Of a stretch of DNA of 40,254 nucleotides, positions 14,715-25,889 are shown in pieces. The number at the start of each line of letters is the position of its first letter. Position 1 is the first letter of the stretch. The notes below the pieces were generated by a model. It was not told the origin of the DNA. It saw nothing but the letters and a program-made list of their open reading frames with translations, and searched no databases. The position numbers were made by a program, and so were the translations under genes. The stretch is taken from the IMG/VR virus record IMGVR_UViG_3300027819_000027, positions 1-40,254 of that record. One strand, given 5' to 3'. This DNA comes from a virus. Lineage: Duplodnaviria; Caudoviricetes.

Positions 14715-17546
14715 TTATTGGATTGTGACTTCTCCCGTTGTTTTACCTTCCAGAAGCCCCATTGATATAAGTCTGGCTGTGAGTCTTTTATTCACCACGG
14801 TGGGAGATAGCCCCCGGCGAAAAAGTAACAAGTCCTTCGCTAATTCTGGATCGTACATCGCCCGTCTTAATAATGTCATTACTTCTAGCTCTGTCATGCC
14901 ATTTAGGACGGAAAGTGCTTTCTGCCCGGCCCGGACAATAAACGATCCTGCCGGCCCCATCTTTAACCCCGGCATCCCAATTACCTTCGAAAGTATGTCC
15001 GTCGCGGTTACTGCCTGCTCAGCGGTGTTACTTCCCCCCCCAAGCGGCGAAGGGATAGACCGATAAGACACCTCGATAGCTTTTTGCACATTCCTTAAAG
15101 CCATATATTCTTTAGACTTTTCGCCATAGAGAACTTTCATGGCGGGGTCATACTTATTGATAATATCTTGGATTTTCGTATTACTCATAATCTTCCCGCC
15201 AGTTAAGGCATCTGCTGTATTTTGCGAGGTTTGTTCGATGAAGTCCTTAAAGCCAATTTTTAGCCCTCGGATCGCGTCGGGGTTACCCTTCATCTGGTTA
15301 ACTAACTGCCGCATTATCTCGCCGGTGTTTTTGGCACTTACACCACCGCCCCCGCCCATTGCTGCGGAGATTGCCTTCGCTGGGTCAGCGTTAAGCATTT
15401 TGGCTGCTACTGTTTTACCAAAGGCATCTTCGGCCTGCTTTGCGGCTTCAAGTGTCGCTTGGGCTTTTGATATCGATTCATACTTCCCCGTAAGCCCGTA
15501 TTTGTCTAAAGCAATTCGATTCCTAGATAGCCACCTATTAAAAGCAGTCGGGGCTATTTCACCCGTTGTGGGGTTGACCGCCGCCGATTCCATATTATGG
15601 GCAATGAACCCATCCATGCTTTCCGCCGCTGTTTGTTTGCTTCCTAATGCCTTGATAAGCTGATCGGCATTGTCGGGTTTTAGAAACTTTTCTGCTATAA
15701 GCGCATCCGGGACGGCCCTGTTGTTTGGGCTATTTCCGCTTCTCAGAATATCCCTTACAGCCCCTCTGTCAAAGCGTCCAAATTTCTGATCTCGGCTAAA
15801 GTTCTTCGCTGTTTTAATCTGTTCAGCTACATTTCCGGGGTGTTGTGCATTGTCAAGCATGTCTTGTATTTGTTTTTTCTTCCCCTCAAGAACGGAAATC
15901 GCTTCTTGAGAAGTATTCGGTTTTAATGGGGGTTCTCCGCCCACATGTTGTTTGTATGCCCTGGCGATCTTGTCCTCAAAGCCCGCTGCGGTTTCTCCTT
16001 TTAATTGGATATAGTTATTTGATGGTACATTCTTCGCCTTTAACGCCGCCGAAGCTGCCCCAACATCAACGGGAGGGGGAGTACTTTTAATAGACGCGAT
16101 ACTGGTATCCAGGCGCGTTAGGTCATTTTGTAGTTTGGAAGGATATATGACTTCTCCGCCGTGCATCATTATATCGCCTTTGTCGGTTGCTGTCCCAAGG
16201 GACTCAATGTCGGCCCGTATTCCGTCTTTCACTTGTTTTAAAAAGTGACGTTCTGTGTTTGTTGCGCTCTGGCTATTTACGGCGCTGTCTATCTCAAGTT
16301 CTACCCTCCGTAACCCTTGAACTGTCCGAGGGGTCTTTTTGAATATCGCGTTAATCTTTTTAAGAATTGGCTCGGCGGTCGAGGGAGTCTTTAGCGCCGC
16401 GTCGAATGCTTGCACGGTATTGTCTGCCGGGATCGGAAGGTTCTCCACCTGGCTCCAAAGCCGTTTTTCTTCTTCCAAGACGGGTTGCATTGATTCCTTT
16501 ATTTTCTCAAAAACACCCTTCCCCGCTGATTGTGGCGTAGTAGATGAAAGGTTGGAAAGTTTGGTGTTGGCAACTGTTTTGGCCAGAGCTGTTGAGCTTT
16601 CAACCCCCGCCTTATTCTTGTTGATCTGTGCGATTGCGTCATCTATCGTCTGCCCACCGGGGAAGTTGTTTTTAAGATAATTTGATAATGCCTCCCTGTT
16701 GGCTTGCCTATGTGTTACTTCGACTCCCATTCCTCCCGGTTGTCTTGCAAGCCCCTGTTGTAACCTTATTAAGTCTGGATCGGCAGTCATCTCGGCATAC
16801 GAGGGTTTATACCCGGGAATGTCGGCGGCTAGTTTTTCGGCGGTCGAAGTGTTTACTGGTGCTTTACTGGTGTTGGTTTGAAGTATTTGTTTCGCCCGCA
16901 TTAGGATATCTTCACCCGAAACTACCACGCCCGTTCGTCCTAACCCCTTGGCCCACTTATATGCAAAGTTAATCGCGTTAGATGCAGCTTCGCCACCGCC
17001 TTGAAGCAAGGCGCCTATGTTAAAATCTTTTCCAGTCTGGGCTGTGCGCTCAAGAAAAGAAGGTACCTGTTTGTCCCCTGCCAGTTCATCCAGATAATCA
17101 GCGGCTAACTTTCCGGCAGCATACCCCAAACCTCCGGCTGCGATAGAGGGTGCGGGGTTGCCTGTTATAATATCAACTGGGGCTGCCAACAGCGCCCCGA
17201 CAGTCGCTCCGCCGGCTTCGAGGGCTAATCTACGGGCAGGCGACGAGGCTCGCGGGAAAGTGTCATACCTTTTATCCATTGCCGCCCATTCTGCGCTTGG
17301 AGAGACTTTAACGGAAGGCGTCGCCACTTGTGCCCCTGTATTCGGGAAAAAGCTGTTTACGGTATCTTCGGGGGAAACAGAAGCGGTTGGAGGGGCAGGA
17401 ACAAAGCCCGTACTGTCCAAGTAATAACCCCTTACCCCTTGGGGATTTGTTACCTTCTGCATTGAAGTTGCAGGGACAAACCCCGTTGTTTCATCGTAAA
17501 ACCCTTTTTCCCCGGCATCGTTAGTTACGGCTTGCATATTTACCAC
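14715..17546 (-). CDS. Large internal virion / DNA ejection protein
   Basis: 943-aa Ala/Gly-rich helical protein, third of three ejection-position genes. Confidence 0.7.
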   Translation of the reverse strand: MVNMQAVTNDAGEKGFYDETTGFVPATSMQKVTNPQGVRGYYLDSTGFVPAPPTASVSPEDTVNSFFPNTGAQVATPSVKVSPSAEWAAMDKRYDTFPRASSPARRLALEAGGATVGALLAAPVDIITGNPAPSIAAGGLGYAAGKLAADYLDELAGDKQVPSFLERTAQTGKDFNIGALLQGGGEAASNAINFAYKWAKGLGRTGVVVSGEDILMRAKQILQTNTSKAPVNTSTAEKLAADIPGYKPSYAEMTADPDLIRLQQGLARQPGGMGVEVTHRQANREALSNYLKNNFPGGQTIDDAIAQINKNKAGVESSTALAKTVANTKLSNLSSTTPQSAGKGVFEKIKESMQPVLEEEKRLWSQVENLPIPADNTVQAFDAALKTPSTAEPILKKINAIFKKTPRTVQGLRRVELEIDSAVNSQSATNTERHFLKQVKDGIRADIESLGTATDKGDIMMHGGEVIYPSKLQNDLTRLDTSIASIKSTPPPVDVGAASAALKAKNVPSNNYIQLKGETAAGFEDKIARAYKQHVGGEPPLKPNTSQEAISVLEGKKKQIQDMLDNAQHPGNVAEQIKTAKNFSRDQKFGRFDRGAVRDILRSGNSPNNRAVPDALIAEKFLKPDNADQLIKALGSKQTAAESMDGFIAHNMESAAVNPTTGEIAPTAFNRWLSRNRIALDKYGLTGKYESISKAQATLEAAKQAEDAFGKTVAAKMLNADPAKAISAAMGGGGGVSAKNTGEIMRQLVNQMKGNPDAIRGLKIGFKDFIEQTSQNTADALTGGKIMSNTKIQDIINKYDPAMKVLYGEKSKEYMALRNVQKAIEVSYRSIPSPLGGGSNTAEQAVTATDILSKVIGMPGLKMGPAGSFIVRAGQKALSVLNGMTELEVMTLLRRAMYDPELAKDLLLFRRGLSPTVVNKRLTARLISMGLLEGKTTGEVTIQ

Positions 17547-18826
17547 CCCGCCTTAAAGCCCTGTGGAAGGATAACGGCCTTCGTTGAGGGGGAGGGCGGC
17601 CCCGCCCGCCGCGCTTTCGTTTCCGCTATTTGCTCTTTGACGGAATCCATCCGCATAAGTCCGGCGTTTTTTGTCTCTTCAAGTAAGGAAATCATGTCTT
17701 TTATCGAAAGGTTCTTGTCGTGGATTTTCTCCCATTTCTGTTGAGCGCCGACGCTTAATTCAGAAATGCTTGCCGCTGATCCGGTTGCCAACTTCCCAAT
17801 CTCGTTTTCTATTTCCGTCAAATACATATCATATTTAGCCTGCTGTGCGCTCCCGGCTATCCGTCCACGGGCGAGTCGCAGCGGAATGTTTAGCAGCCTC
17901 GTATCAAAGGTTTTGAGTTCATCTGAAAGTTTCTTTACTTGGTCAATCTGCTTGCCCATATTCTTGACAAAAGACCCCATCTGCCCCATCTGCTTCTCTT
18001 GCATTGAGACGGTGGCTTGATAAGCGGCGTTTTCTGCCTTCTGCGCCCTAGGGTCTAGCCCGGCGTTTATTTCTACTGCCCGTTTAAATACCTTGGGGGC
18101 CAAACTGCCACGCTTTGTAATGTCGGCAGCGTCTATCTTGCCAGCGGCGAAGAGTTGCGCCATTGCTTCGACTTCATCCGCGCCGGGTGCCACATTAACC
18201 GTAGTTTTTCCTATACGGGCCAATCTACCGCGCTGCGCCTCTACGTCAGGCGGAAGGAGGTCGGATTTAGGGGGAGGGGTAAGTGACCATCCGCTTTCGG
18301 GGGTGTATCCGCCAGTTTTCGAGACGGGGACAGACTTGGTTGTTCCACCTGGGCCATAGACTGTAACTAAAGAATAATCGGCAGCCGTTGGTTGTGATTT
18401 CAGGGACATATTTTTTACGAAATCAGCAAAATCCGGGTCTTTGCCTATTGCGGCTTTCAGATATTCTGTTTTCGTTGCGTCATCGAATGGGGCCTTGCTT
18501 AGGTGTTCAAGTACCGCACTATAGCGAGTAATCTTTTCCGCTTGCCGCTTTTGCGTTTCTGCCTCCATCTCCGCTTTCAGTTTTACGCCCAAGGCCGATT
18601 GCAGGTCAGGCTGCCCAGTAGCTCCCATCAAGGCATTTTGTTCCGCCATAGACTTGTCAATCCCCATTTGAGAGAGGGTATTCTGCAGCCCCTGACTTTT
18701 GGCTGTCATGGCATCCTGCAACGCTTGCCGTTCCATCTGCTGGCGATATTGAAGTGCCTGCGCGAGAGTTCCGAGCCCCCTATTCATCCCCTCCGTGGGG
18801 TCAACCAGGCCATAATTTATAGGCAT
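17540..18826 (-). CDS. Internal virion / DNA ejection protein
   Basis: Q/A-rich helical; position. Confidence 0.65.
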   Translation of the reverse strand: MPINYGLVDPTEGMNRGLGTLAQALQYRQQMERQALQDAMTAKSQGLQNTLSQMGIDKSMAEQNALMGATGQPDLQSALGVKLKAEMEAETQKRQAEKITRYSAVLEHLSKAPFDDATKTEYLKAAIGKDPDFADFVKNMSLKSQPTAADYSLVTVYGPGGTTKSVPVSKTGGYTPESGWSLTPPPKSDLLPPDVEAQRGRLARIGKTTVNVAPGADEVEAMAQLFAAGKIDAADITKRGSLAPKVFKRAVEINAGLDPRAQKAENAAYQATVSMQEKQMGQMGSFVKNMGKQIDQVKKLSDELKTFDTRLLNIPLRLARGRIAGSAQQAKYDMYLTEIENEIGKLATGSAASISELSVGAQQKWEKIHDKNLSIKDMISLLEETKNAGLMRMDSVKEQIAETKARRAGPPSPSTKAVILPQGFKAGW

Positions 18827-20247
18827 TAGAATTTACCTCCACCCATCAGATAAAGGCTGGCCAGGTTTGTCGCACCCTGTCCTAGACCGGAATAAAGACT
18901 TGCCTGGTTCCTCCCGCTTGCCATTGCTGCATTGCCCAGGTTCTCCCCAGCGTTGATATTGATGTTGGCCCCCTGGTTCGCGTAGTTTTGACCGAGGCCA
19001 GTCATGGTGTTGCTTGTGCCTCTTGCCATATCTACCAGTCCCGAAAGCCTTCCGATCTGCTTATCGTAATCGTTTGCGTAAATCTCTGACGAAAGCTGCC
19101 CCATTTTATACGGAGCAAGACCGCTACCGGCCAAGCCGCGTGCCCCCAGGCCCCTCATTAAGTCCCTGCCGCCATACTCTAAGGCGTATTTGGCTACGGG
19201 AGACTCTCGGTAATCATACGAGACCCCGTTTGAAGGCTGACCAGTAACCGCTGAGGTTAAAAGGTCAGGCACCTTCCCGCCCACAACGGGATCGTAAAAG
19301 GGTTTGTTGAGGTCGATCCCCTTTTCGTACATATATTTTTGCAGTTCTAACGCCGAAGCCGAAGCCGCCGCTGAAGCCGCCGAAGCGTCCTCAATCGCAT
19401 CGGACTGCTTATTGGCTCCGTAGATTGATGCTCCTGCGTTTATTAAACCTAACGCTGGTAAGGCATATCCGCTCATGGCTCCTCCTGCTGCGGGGGCTAG
19501 TGATGCAGCCCCCATTATTCCTGCCGCTGGCAACATCGAAAGAGATGGGGTTATCCCTGGCATTGCCGATATTGGCGTGATTCCCAAGGGGCTACCTGTG
19601 GCGGCTGGTGCTAATAGGCTTGGTCCCGAAGGAGCCAAAAGGCTTTCTCCACCAGTCTGCACCGCTTGCCCCGCTGCCATATTGCCCGCTAAACTTCCCA
19701 AGCTTTCCCCGCCTGGTGCAAGGGCACTGCTTGCCGGCGGAAGAAAGCTGCTTCCCGCAGTTCCAAGGTTTGGAGATGATGCTGCTGTAACGCCACTAAA
19801 GCCATTGCCGAGAGTTCCCGCCGCACTCCCCGCTGCCATGTTTGCCAAGCCGACTCCGGGGCCATAAATTTTTGCCATGTTTATGCCGAAGTTTGTTGCA
19901 GCCTGCGATGGGGTATAGGGCCTGGTTCCATACCCTATTTCCATTCCCCCGGTATCCGGGTTGTAGGAATTTGTCTGCCACCTTGCACCAGTATCGCTGA
20001 AACTCAACGGTTCTTGTTGCATATTGCCTAGCTGAAGGGTCTGCATCTGCGTCAGGCCGCCATAGATCGGCCTATCGTCATTGTCAAGGCCCACGATCTG
20101 AGCATTCGGAGCTACCCTTTGGATTTCTTCCAAAGACAACCGCATTGGCTTTGAAAGTCTGTCAGCCTTTAGTTTGTCTGAAAGCTGCGCCCAATAGTCC
20201 TTGTTTGAAATCATTTGCTCCCAGGGAAGACTTGCATCATATCCCAT
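18826..20247 (-). CDS. DNA ejection / pilot protein (P22 gp7-like C-terminus)
   Basis: GASIYGANKQSDA...ALELQKYMY...KPFY; ARGLAGSG; Gly/Ala-rich. Confidence 0.7.
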   Translation of the reverse strand: MGYDASLPWEQMISNKDYWAQLSDKLKADRLSKPMRLSLEEIQRVAPNAQIVGLDNDDRPIYGGLTQMQTLQLGNMQQEPLSFSDTGARWQTNSYNPDTGGMEIGYGTRPYTPSQAATNFGINMAKIYGPGVGLANMAAGSAAGTLGNGFSGVTAASSPNLGTAGSSFLPPASSALAPGGESLGSLAGNMAAGQAVQTGGESLLAPSGPSLLAPAATGSPLGITPISAMPGITPSLSMLPAAGIMGAASLAPAAGGAMSGYALPALGLINAGASIYGANKQSDAIEDASAASAAASASALELQKYMYEKGIDLNKPFYDPVVGGKVPDLLTSAVTGQPSNGVSYDYRESPVAKYALEYGGRDLMRGLGARGLAGSGLAPYKMGQLSSEIYANDYDKQIGRLSGLVDMARGTSNTMTGLGQNYANQGANININAGENLGNAAMASGRNQASLYSGLGQGATNLASLYLMGGGKF

Positions 20248-20278
20248 GTTTACCCCCTAACTGTGCCATAATTCATAA

Positions 20279-20647
20279 TCAGCTTAGCCCCACTTCGCCT
20301 TCTGCCGTCAGAGTCAGAGATAACGTCGTACCAGACCCACCAACCAGAAAATCGGCCGCGTCAAGTCTTGCCTGTCCGTACCAATCAATGTAAGAATTTG
20401 CTGGTACGCTTACCGCCGTACCAATAAATTCCGTACCCGCCGCATTCCCCCCCGTAGCTCCCAACCATAAAGAGAAGGTCGCCGCCGTAGCAGTTTTGTT
20501 GGAAATTCTTATATGCCGAAGAATGATAAAACTTGCTGTCGGCGTGTAGCCAGTACCAGCCCCGGCAGCGGCCGGATTAAGAATGTTTGTGGTTAATGAG
20601 GTTGTCAGTGCCACCGGGCCTACGCGAAGTATTCTATTTTGTGCCAT
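20279..20647 (-). CDS. Small virion protein
   Basis: RHIRISNKT...VSVPANSYID beta-sandwich pattern; AAGGAG RBS. Confidence 0.65.
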   Translation of the reverse strand: MAQNRILRVGPVALTTSLTTNILNPAAAGAGTGYTPTASFIILRHIRISNKTATAATFSLWLGATGGNAAGTEFIGTAVSVPANSYIDWYGQARLDAADFLVGGSGTTLSLTLTAEGEVGLS

Positions 20648-20659
20648 TTTTATTCTCCT

Positions 20660-21382
20660 TTATCCGTAAGAAAGTATAATCATTACATTTACCGATACGC
20701 CGCCACCGAGGTTGTTCTTTATGACAACCGGGTTTGCAGATACTGCCGCCCCTAAGCTTATCTTCCCGGCGGTTGCTGCATTTACTTCGATGTTTGCCGA
20801 TCCTCTAATAATCTGCACGGCTCCCGTTGAACCATATTCAAATTCTGCACTTTCGGAGATAACTCCTGTTGATGCGTGGGCACAATGAATGAATCCATGA
20901 GCGGGGTAGTTTGCGGTGATCGTCGGGAGGGTTACTGTCGCTGTATCAGCAAGCGGCCCACGATAGCGATACCGGCTCGTGTATTTAGCAAGCACCTCTA
21001 TGTCGATACCCGGAGGAAACATAAAATCTTCCGAATAAGCATCCTCACCATCTTGGCCTGGAGCGCCCATCCTCCCGTCTGCCCCGTTGTCGCCTTTTAT
21101 GGGCGGATATGAATAACCGTCCTCACCGTCCAACCCATCAAACCCTTTTGGTCCCGATTCTCCCCTGGGACCTATCGGCCCTTGAATCGGAGGATAGGTG
21201 TATCCGTCCTCCCCATCCAACCCATCCCTGCCGGGGATAACAAAAAGGTTGCGTTCTTTAATTGTGCCGAGCATCCGGTAAACTATCTGCAACCAGCGGT
21301 CAAACTCACGCCAGTCATATCCCAACTCCGGGGATAATATCCGGGGCGGAAAGGGCAGTGAGTTGTTTAGGTTTGCAATCAT
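20660..21382 (-). CDS. Virion protein with collagen-like Gly-X-Y repeats
   Basis: GRDGLDGEDG, GPIGPRGESGPKGFDGLDGEDG, GDNGADGRMGAPGQDGED. Confidence 0.75.
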   Translation of the reverse strand: MIANLNNSLPFPPRILSPELGYDWREFDRWLQIVYRMLGTIKERNLFVIPGRDGLDGEDGYTYPPIQGPIGPRGESGPKGFDGLDGEDGYSYPPIKGDNGADGRMGAPGQDGEDAYSEDFMFPPGIDIEVLAKYTSRYRYRGPLADTATVTLPTITANYPAHGFIHCAHASTGVISESAEFEYGSTGAVQIIRGSANIEVNAATAGKISLGAAVSANPVVIKNNLGGGVSVNVMIILSYG

Positions 21383-22830
21383 CAGTTACCCAGCTTTTTC
21401 AGTTCTATGTCCAAATCTGCCAATATTAGTTTAGTGGCATCGGAAAAGACAATCGACATCTGTCTGGAACGAAACATCCCCAGCCCGTTAATTCTTCGGT
21501 AAAAGTCATATTTCCCGGTTAACCCAAGGCTGATCTGCCGTTCATTCTTCCAGACCGGAGACCCGTTGTCACGGTATTTTAGCGTTACAAGGGGCGCGGT
21601 CGTTGTCACGAGTGTCGCCGTGCCGCGTTTCATGTGCAACCTGACCATAGACATTGCCTTATTATTGGAAGTGCCACCATCTAACCACCCCGTTTGCCAT
21701 TCTGTTCTGATAAGTGACCCGTCATCGTCGGTCGCCGTCTGATCTACTTCGTATATTTTACCATCTAACCGGGACTGGCAAAGATGTTTGCCCCACGACT
21801 TCGCATAGATGAAATTCCGGCCCAAGAAAGCGTTTCTGCTTGCGCCGGTTAAATCCCAAAGACTCCAGATGTACCATTCCTTTAATTTGATATTATAGGC
21901 GTAGGTTACATTTTCCGTGGGTAAAGTAAGGACATAGAAAGACTGCCCCCATGCGCTTATCACATCGCCAATGGCGTCACTGAGGGTAGTATGAAGGTCA
22001 AGTAGTTTTTCAATGTCTAAAGATATAATTATCGGTTCGTTAGCCTGAAGTCTGACGACTGCCGGTTTCCCGTCCACGACACAAAGCGCAAAGAGGGTGT
22101 TGTCTGCTTTTCTTACCGAGTAAGGAGCAATTAGACCCGCTTCAAGTAAACCGCCTAGCCTTGGCTGTAAGGGGGGCGTCCCACCCGTTGTCTGCCATAT
22201 CTCGCGGCCCTGCTGTCCCCATACGGCCACGTCATCCCATGCCTGATATAGGCCCAATATGTTGTCTCCACGGGAGTCGGATGTTAACGGGTTCTCAGTG
22301 GCAGCCCAATAGGTGGGTGAAAACTCTCCGGTTGTTGGATCAACATCGGTAAAATAGAACCTGGCAGTATCTGTTTCATTGGCAAGAAATCGGAGGCCGT
22401 TATAAACGACATGGGTGCAGATCTGCGGTGCCGGTGAAGCCGCTTGCGTGAAGTTACCGCTGGTTGAGTAATTCAGTTTCCCGCCGTTACAAGCGTAGAG
22501 GAATGCCGAATTATCTACCTTCTGGCCATCTGCAAATACTGTAGGCGTACCGGTAAGGAAGTCCCCGCCGGTCAACTCAGTAAATGCGCCACCGGAACTG
22601 GTTATTGCAAAACAACGCCCCCCGGAGATAGCCAACACCTTGTCAAGTTTATCCCACCAGAAAAGACCGTCGCCCGGATTGTTCGTCGCTAAATCACAAA
22701 AAGGCTTTAAGCCGAATCTACTGTTAACCGAATCAAACTCATCCCGGTATCCGTCATAAATAGCGTCGGACATAATCTGCTTCGAGACAGAATCGACATT
22801 CCAGTAAGGCTTCGTAGGTTTCAAAATCAT
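21382..22830 (-). CDS. Tail hub / packaged-DNA stabilisation protein (P22 gp10-like)
   Basis: GQSFYVLTLP...TYAYN...W; DNG..W...G..G.Y...LG..RSR; size and position. Confidence 0.82.
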   Translation of the reverse strand: MILKPTKPYWNVDSVSKQIMSDAIYDGYRDEFDSVNSRFGLKPFCDLATNNPGDGLFWWDKLDKVLAISGGRCFAITSSGGAFTELTGGDFLTGTPTVFADGQKVDNSAFLYACNGGKLNYSTSGNFTQAASPAPQICTHVVYNGLRFLANETDTARFYFTDVDPTTGEFSPTYWAATENPLTSDSRGDNILGLYQAWDDVAVWGQQGREIWQTTGGTPPLQPRLGGLLEAGLIAPYSVRKADNTLFALCVVDGKPAVVRLQANEPIIISLDIEKLLDLHTTLSDAIGDVISAWGQSFYVLTLPTENVTYAYNIKLKEWYIWSLWDLTGASRNAFLGRNFIYAKSWGKHLCQSRLDGKIYEVDQTATDDDGSLIRTEWQTGWLDGGTSNNKAMSMVRLHMKRGTATLVTTTAPLVTLKYRDNGSPVWKNERQISLGLTGKYDFYRRINGLGMFRSRQMSIVFSDATKLILADLDIELKKLGN

Positions 22831-22835
22831 GACAA

Positions 22836-23525
22836 TTATCCTTCGGTAATGTTGAAATTGCTCTTATATTGCGTACCAGGCACCCCAGCGAAGGTTGCTT
22901 GCGGGACTGGTTGAGTCGTCAGGTTATTGTAGGTATCATTTGCCAGTCTGATAATGTCCGCCCTGGGCGCCACGCCATAATCAGAAGCAATGCGCATCGC
23001 TCCGTTCCACTTTATAAACTCCAGATATTCGGGAGGCAAGTCAACCGGATCATCGGTCAATGTCAGCGCCGTTAGAGGCCGCAGGCAGTCGAGTGACAAG
23101 GTGTAAGCATAATCAGGTTTAAGATCAAAATAAACAGTTCCTAATGAGTAAGCCGGGTTATAGTAAACAAGCGACGGCCTACCGCTATTTGTTTTGACGG
23201 CGATTCGATTATATGTGTCACGGTCGATTACCCGAAGAGTTCTATCAACCAACCCGCTGTCTCTCGTAAATCCGCCAATGATCTTGTTTGGCCGGGTGAC
23301 ATTGAAATTGCCGCCTGTCCCTATGGTGTAGGAATTTTGCCCGGATACCATAGTGAGACTATTTGACACGATATGGTAAATTACCAACCCCGCAGCGGCT
23401 ACCGTATCCAGCATCATATTAACTGACTCAAGGGCGTCGTCGTACTGCTCAGGCTCGGGTTCGTTACCAATATCCACGATACCGATTGCCTTCATCATTG
23501 AACGTAACAATCTCATTGAAGTCAT
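22836..23525 (-). CDS. Head-tail adaptor (P22 gp4-like)
   Basis: IGIVDIGNEP...DALESVNMMLD...LPPEY...IASDYG. Confidence 0.78.
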   Translation of the reverse strand: MTSMRLLRSMMKAIGIVDIGNEPEPEQYDDALESVNMMLDTVAAAGLVIYHIVSNSLTMVSGQNSYTIGTGGNFNVTRPNKIIGGFTRDSGLVDRTLRVIDRDTYNRIAVKTNSGRPSLVYYNPAYSLGTVYFDLKPDYAYTLSLDCLRPLTALTLTDDPVDLPPEYLEFIKWNGAMRIASDYGVAPRADIIRLANDTYNNLTTQPVPQATFAGVPGTQYKSNFNITEG

Positions 23526-23526
23526 A

Positions 23527-24360
23527 TCATACTCCCTGTGGTTGCCAGATAGGACGTGTGCCTAGTTTATACTCTCTTGTGTAAATCTCCATTTTGGAAC
23601 TCCGTTCGTGATTCTTTTTTAAATCCTCCGTAACTGCAATCGTCGCCCAATCGTCGGGATATTGGATCATTGCCTCCAATAGTCCGTCTGAAAAGTTTAA
23701 CAATATTCCCGGATGGTTTCTTATCTCTTCTGAAAGGTATTGAGTTTGCAAAACCATAGAAGCATTGGTGATATAGTCAATGCCATTGGCTCTGACAATT
23801 ATCATGTTATCAAAAGCTACTTTCTGCTCGCCGGTTACATGGGTGAAGTTAAGGAATGACCCCTCACAGCCAAAATACGCAACCGTCCCATACCCCATTT
23901 TGACGAATAAGTTAGCCGCACGGCATACCGCAGTCGGCCCCCCGCCTATCCCATTCTCTTGGTCGCATTCAAACATATTGAAAACGCGGATTTGCTCTTT
24001 CTGAAACTGGTTGAACTGCCTGCGATGCACAAACGTCGCGAATACCGCCCCCTTTACCAAATCACCAGTCTTAAACTCGCGGCGGCTGGCGTCTATTGCG
24101 TACATATAGCAAGGGATCCCATTATCGGATAAATAACCGGCGGTATCATTAACGGCATAAATATCGCCTGGCCATTTTCGGAGAATATCTAATCTCAGGG
24201 GAAGTCCGGGGCCGCCACCACAAACCGCCACAGGAGGTAGAATTTCTTCACTCCATCGGACTTTTGGATATTTCTGCGCCTTCCGGTGGTTTATAGCCAG
24301 TTGCTCAATATCGGTGTTGCACTGAGCAACCATGTTTATTCTATACGGGGTCATGCACAC
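23527..24360 (-). CDS. Maf/DUF115(MptE-like)-family transferase-like protein
   Basis: VAVCGGGPGL...IYAVN...GGGPTA...MGY...YFGCEGS pattern. Confidence 0.6.
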   Translation of the reverse strand: MCMTPYRINMVAQCNTDIEQLAINHRKAQKYPKVRWSEEILPPVAVCGGGPGLPLRLDILRKWPGDIYAVNDTAGYLSDNGIPCYMYAIDASRREFKTGDLVKGAVFATFVHRRQFNQFQKEQIRVFNMFECDQENGIGGGPTAVCRAANLFVKMGYGTVAYFGCEGSFLNFTHVTGEQKVAFDNMIIVRANGIDYITNASMVLQTQYLSEEIRNHPGILLNFSDGLLEAMIQYPDDWATIAVTEDLKKNHERSSKMEIYTREYKLGTRPIWQPQGV

Positions 24361-25889
24361 ACCGTCCTATTGACCATGCCACGCGCGACGTTGCGCCGAT
24401 TCTCTATGGCTGGCCGTTTCTTACCGGCAATAAAACTGCCGATACTCTTTTCAAGATTTGGGAAAACCTGATAGATCGCTTTCGATAACCTGCATGTGTT
24501 GATAATCGCTTTCTGCTTCAAGCCCTGGCCGGGATACATCGTTTCCAGATTGTGCCTGCCGATCTCATAAGAAACCTCAGACATCTTGGCAACAAACTCA
24601 GGGCTATACTTGAAAAAGAACTCCTCCTGAATATAGGTGTCATCGTACATATATCTTTGAGAAAGGGTGCTGACAGCGTAGGGATTCTCTGCATTCTGGT
24701 AGAGAGAGACGCCGCAGTCCTGATACCTGGGATTCAGCCAGTAATCCTTGAAACCTCCCTGAAGGACATACTGCTGATAAATCTCCGTCCCAGGGAAGGG
24801 AACAATCGAACCGGAACCGTTAAACATATGGGTCACATCCCAAAGCTCATATATCATGTTTAACGTGTTCTGAAGGCTCTCCACCGTCTCCCAGGGGAAC
24901 CCGAACATCAGGTTCACCCCAACTTGCAAACCGGCTGCGTGGGCTGTCTTACAAGCCGAGATGTTCTTTTCTACCGTCGTTCCCTTGCAGGTTCTTTTTA
25001 GAGTTTCGGGATCGCCGCTTTCAATGCCAAATATGACCATATAGCAACCGGCATCTTTCATCATCGAAGCCATTTCCTTTGTCATCATGTCGGCGCGTGT
25101 CCATGCCTGCCAGGTAACTTTCGGGGTAATTTTCTTTATCCCGTCGCAGAACTCGGCAACGTGCCTCTTGTTCATCGTGAAACAGTCGTCGGCTACAACG
25201 AACTGACGCACGCCGTAATTATCAACACGGTTTTGAATGTCTGCCATTACCTGGGGGATGGGGTTAAACGTCGTCTTTTGGCCATAGACCTGATAATCAC
25301 AGAAGGTACACTTTCCGGGGCAACCTCTACTTGTATAAATCCGGTGGATTCCCTTCAATAGTCCGTCGCCTTCAAGCCGGAACCGCTCAATATCAAACGG
25401 GCTGAAATCAGGATCGGGCAAAGTTGAAAGGTCTTTTATCCGAGGACGCGGTTCATTCCGCACGATATTCCCATCAGTTCCACGATAGGTAATGCCGAGA
25501 ATGTCCTTAAGGTCTTTGCCTTGAAGGTATTCCCTTAATGTTTCTTCGCCTTCATTTCTGACGACAATATCAACGCCATGTTCGATCGCTTCTCGATCGC
25601 AGGTCGTAACGTGCGTTCCTCCGGCGATGACAAGAATCCCCTCTTTCTTCAGTCGCTTTACAAGGTCGTAAACCTTTAATATCTGCATGGTGAGCATGGA
25701 GATACCAACGATGTCCGGTTGATATTCTCGCGCTACTTCCATGAAGTAGTCATTGCTCAGTGGCTGCTTGAACGTGCTTTCTTCGATCCTGACTTCATAG
25801 CCGTTTTCTTTGAATATCGCCGCTATCATAGCAAGCGAATGGGGCATCTCAGACATCGAACTCGGATAGAGAAGAAGTGCCTTACGCAT
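24351..25889 (-). CDS. Cobalamin-binding radical SAM protein (class B methyltransferase-like)
   Basis: PHSLAMIAA...PDIVGIS...IAGGTH B12 domain; TSRGCPGKCTFC; FGIESG; MFGFPWET. Confidence 0.92.
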   Translation of the reverse strand: MRKALLLYPSSMSEMPHSLAMIAAIFKENGYEVRIEESTFKQPLSNDYFMEVAREYQPDIVGISMLTMQILKVYDLVKRLKKEGILVIAGGTHVTTCDREAIEHGVDIVVRNEGEETLREYLQGKDLKDILGITYRGTDGNIVRNEPRPRIKDLSTLPDPDFSPFDIERFRLEGDGLLKGIHRIYTSRGCPGKCTFCDYQVYGQKTTFNPIPQVMADIQNRVDNYGVRQFVVADDCFTMNKRHVAEFCDGIKKITPKVTWQAWTRADMMTKEMASMMKDAGCYMVIFGIESGDPETLKRTCKGTTVEKNISACKTAHAAGLQVGVNLMFGFPWETVESLQNTLNMIYELWDVTHMFNGSGSIVPFPGTEIYQQYVLQGGFKDYWLNPRYQDCGVSLYQNAENPYAVSTLSQRYMYDDTYIQEEFFFKYSPEFVAKMSEVSYEIGRHNLETMYPGQGLKQKAIINTCRLSKAIYQVFPNLEKSIGSFIAGKKRPAIENRRNVARGMVNRTVCA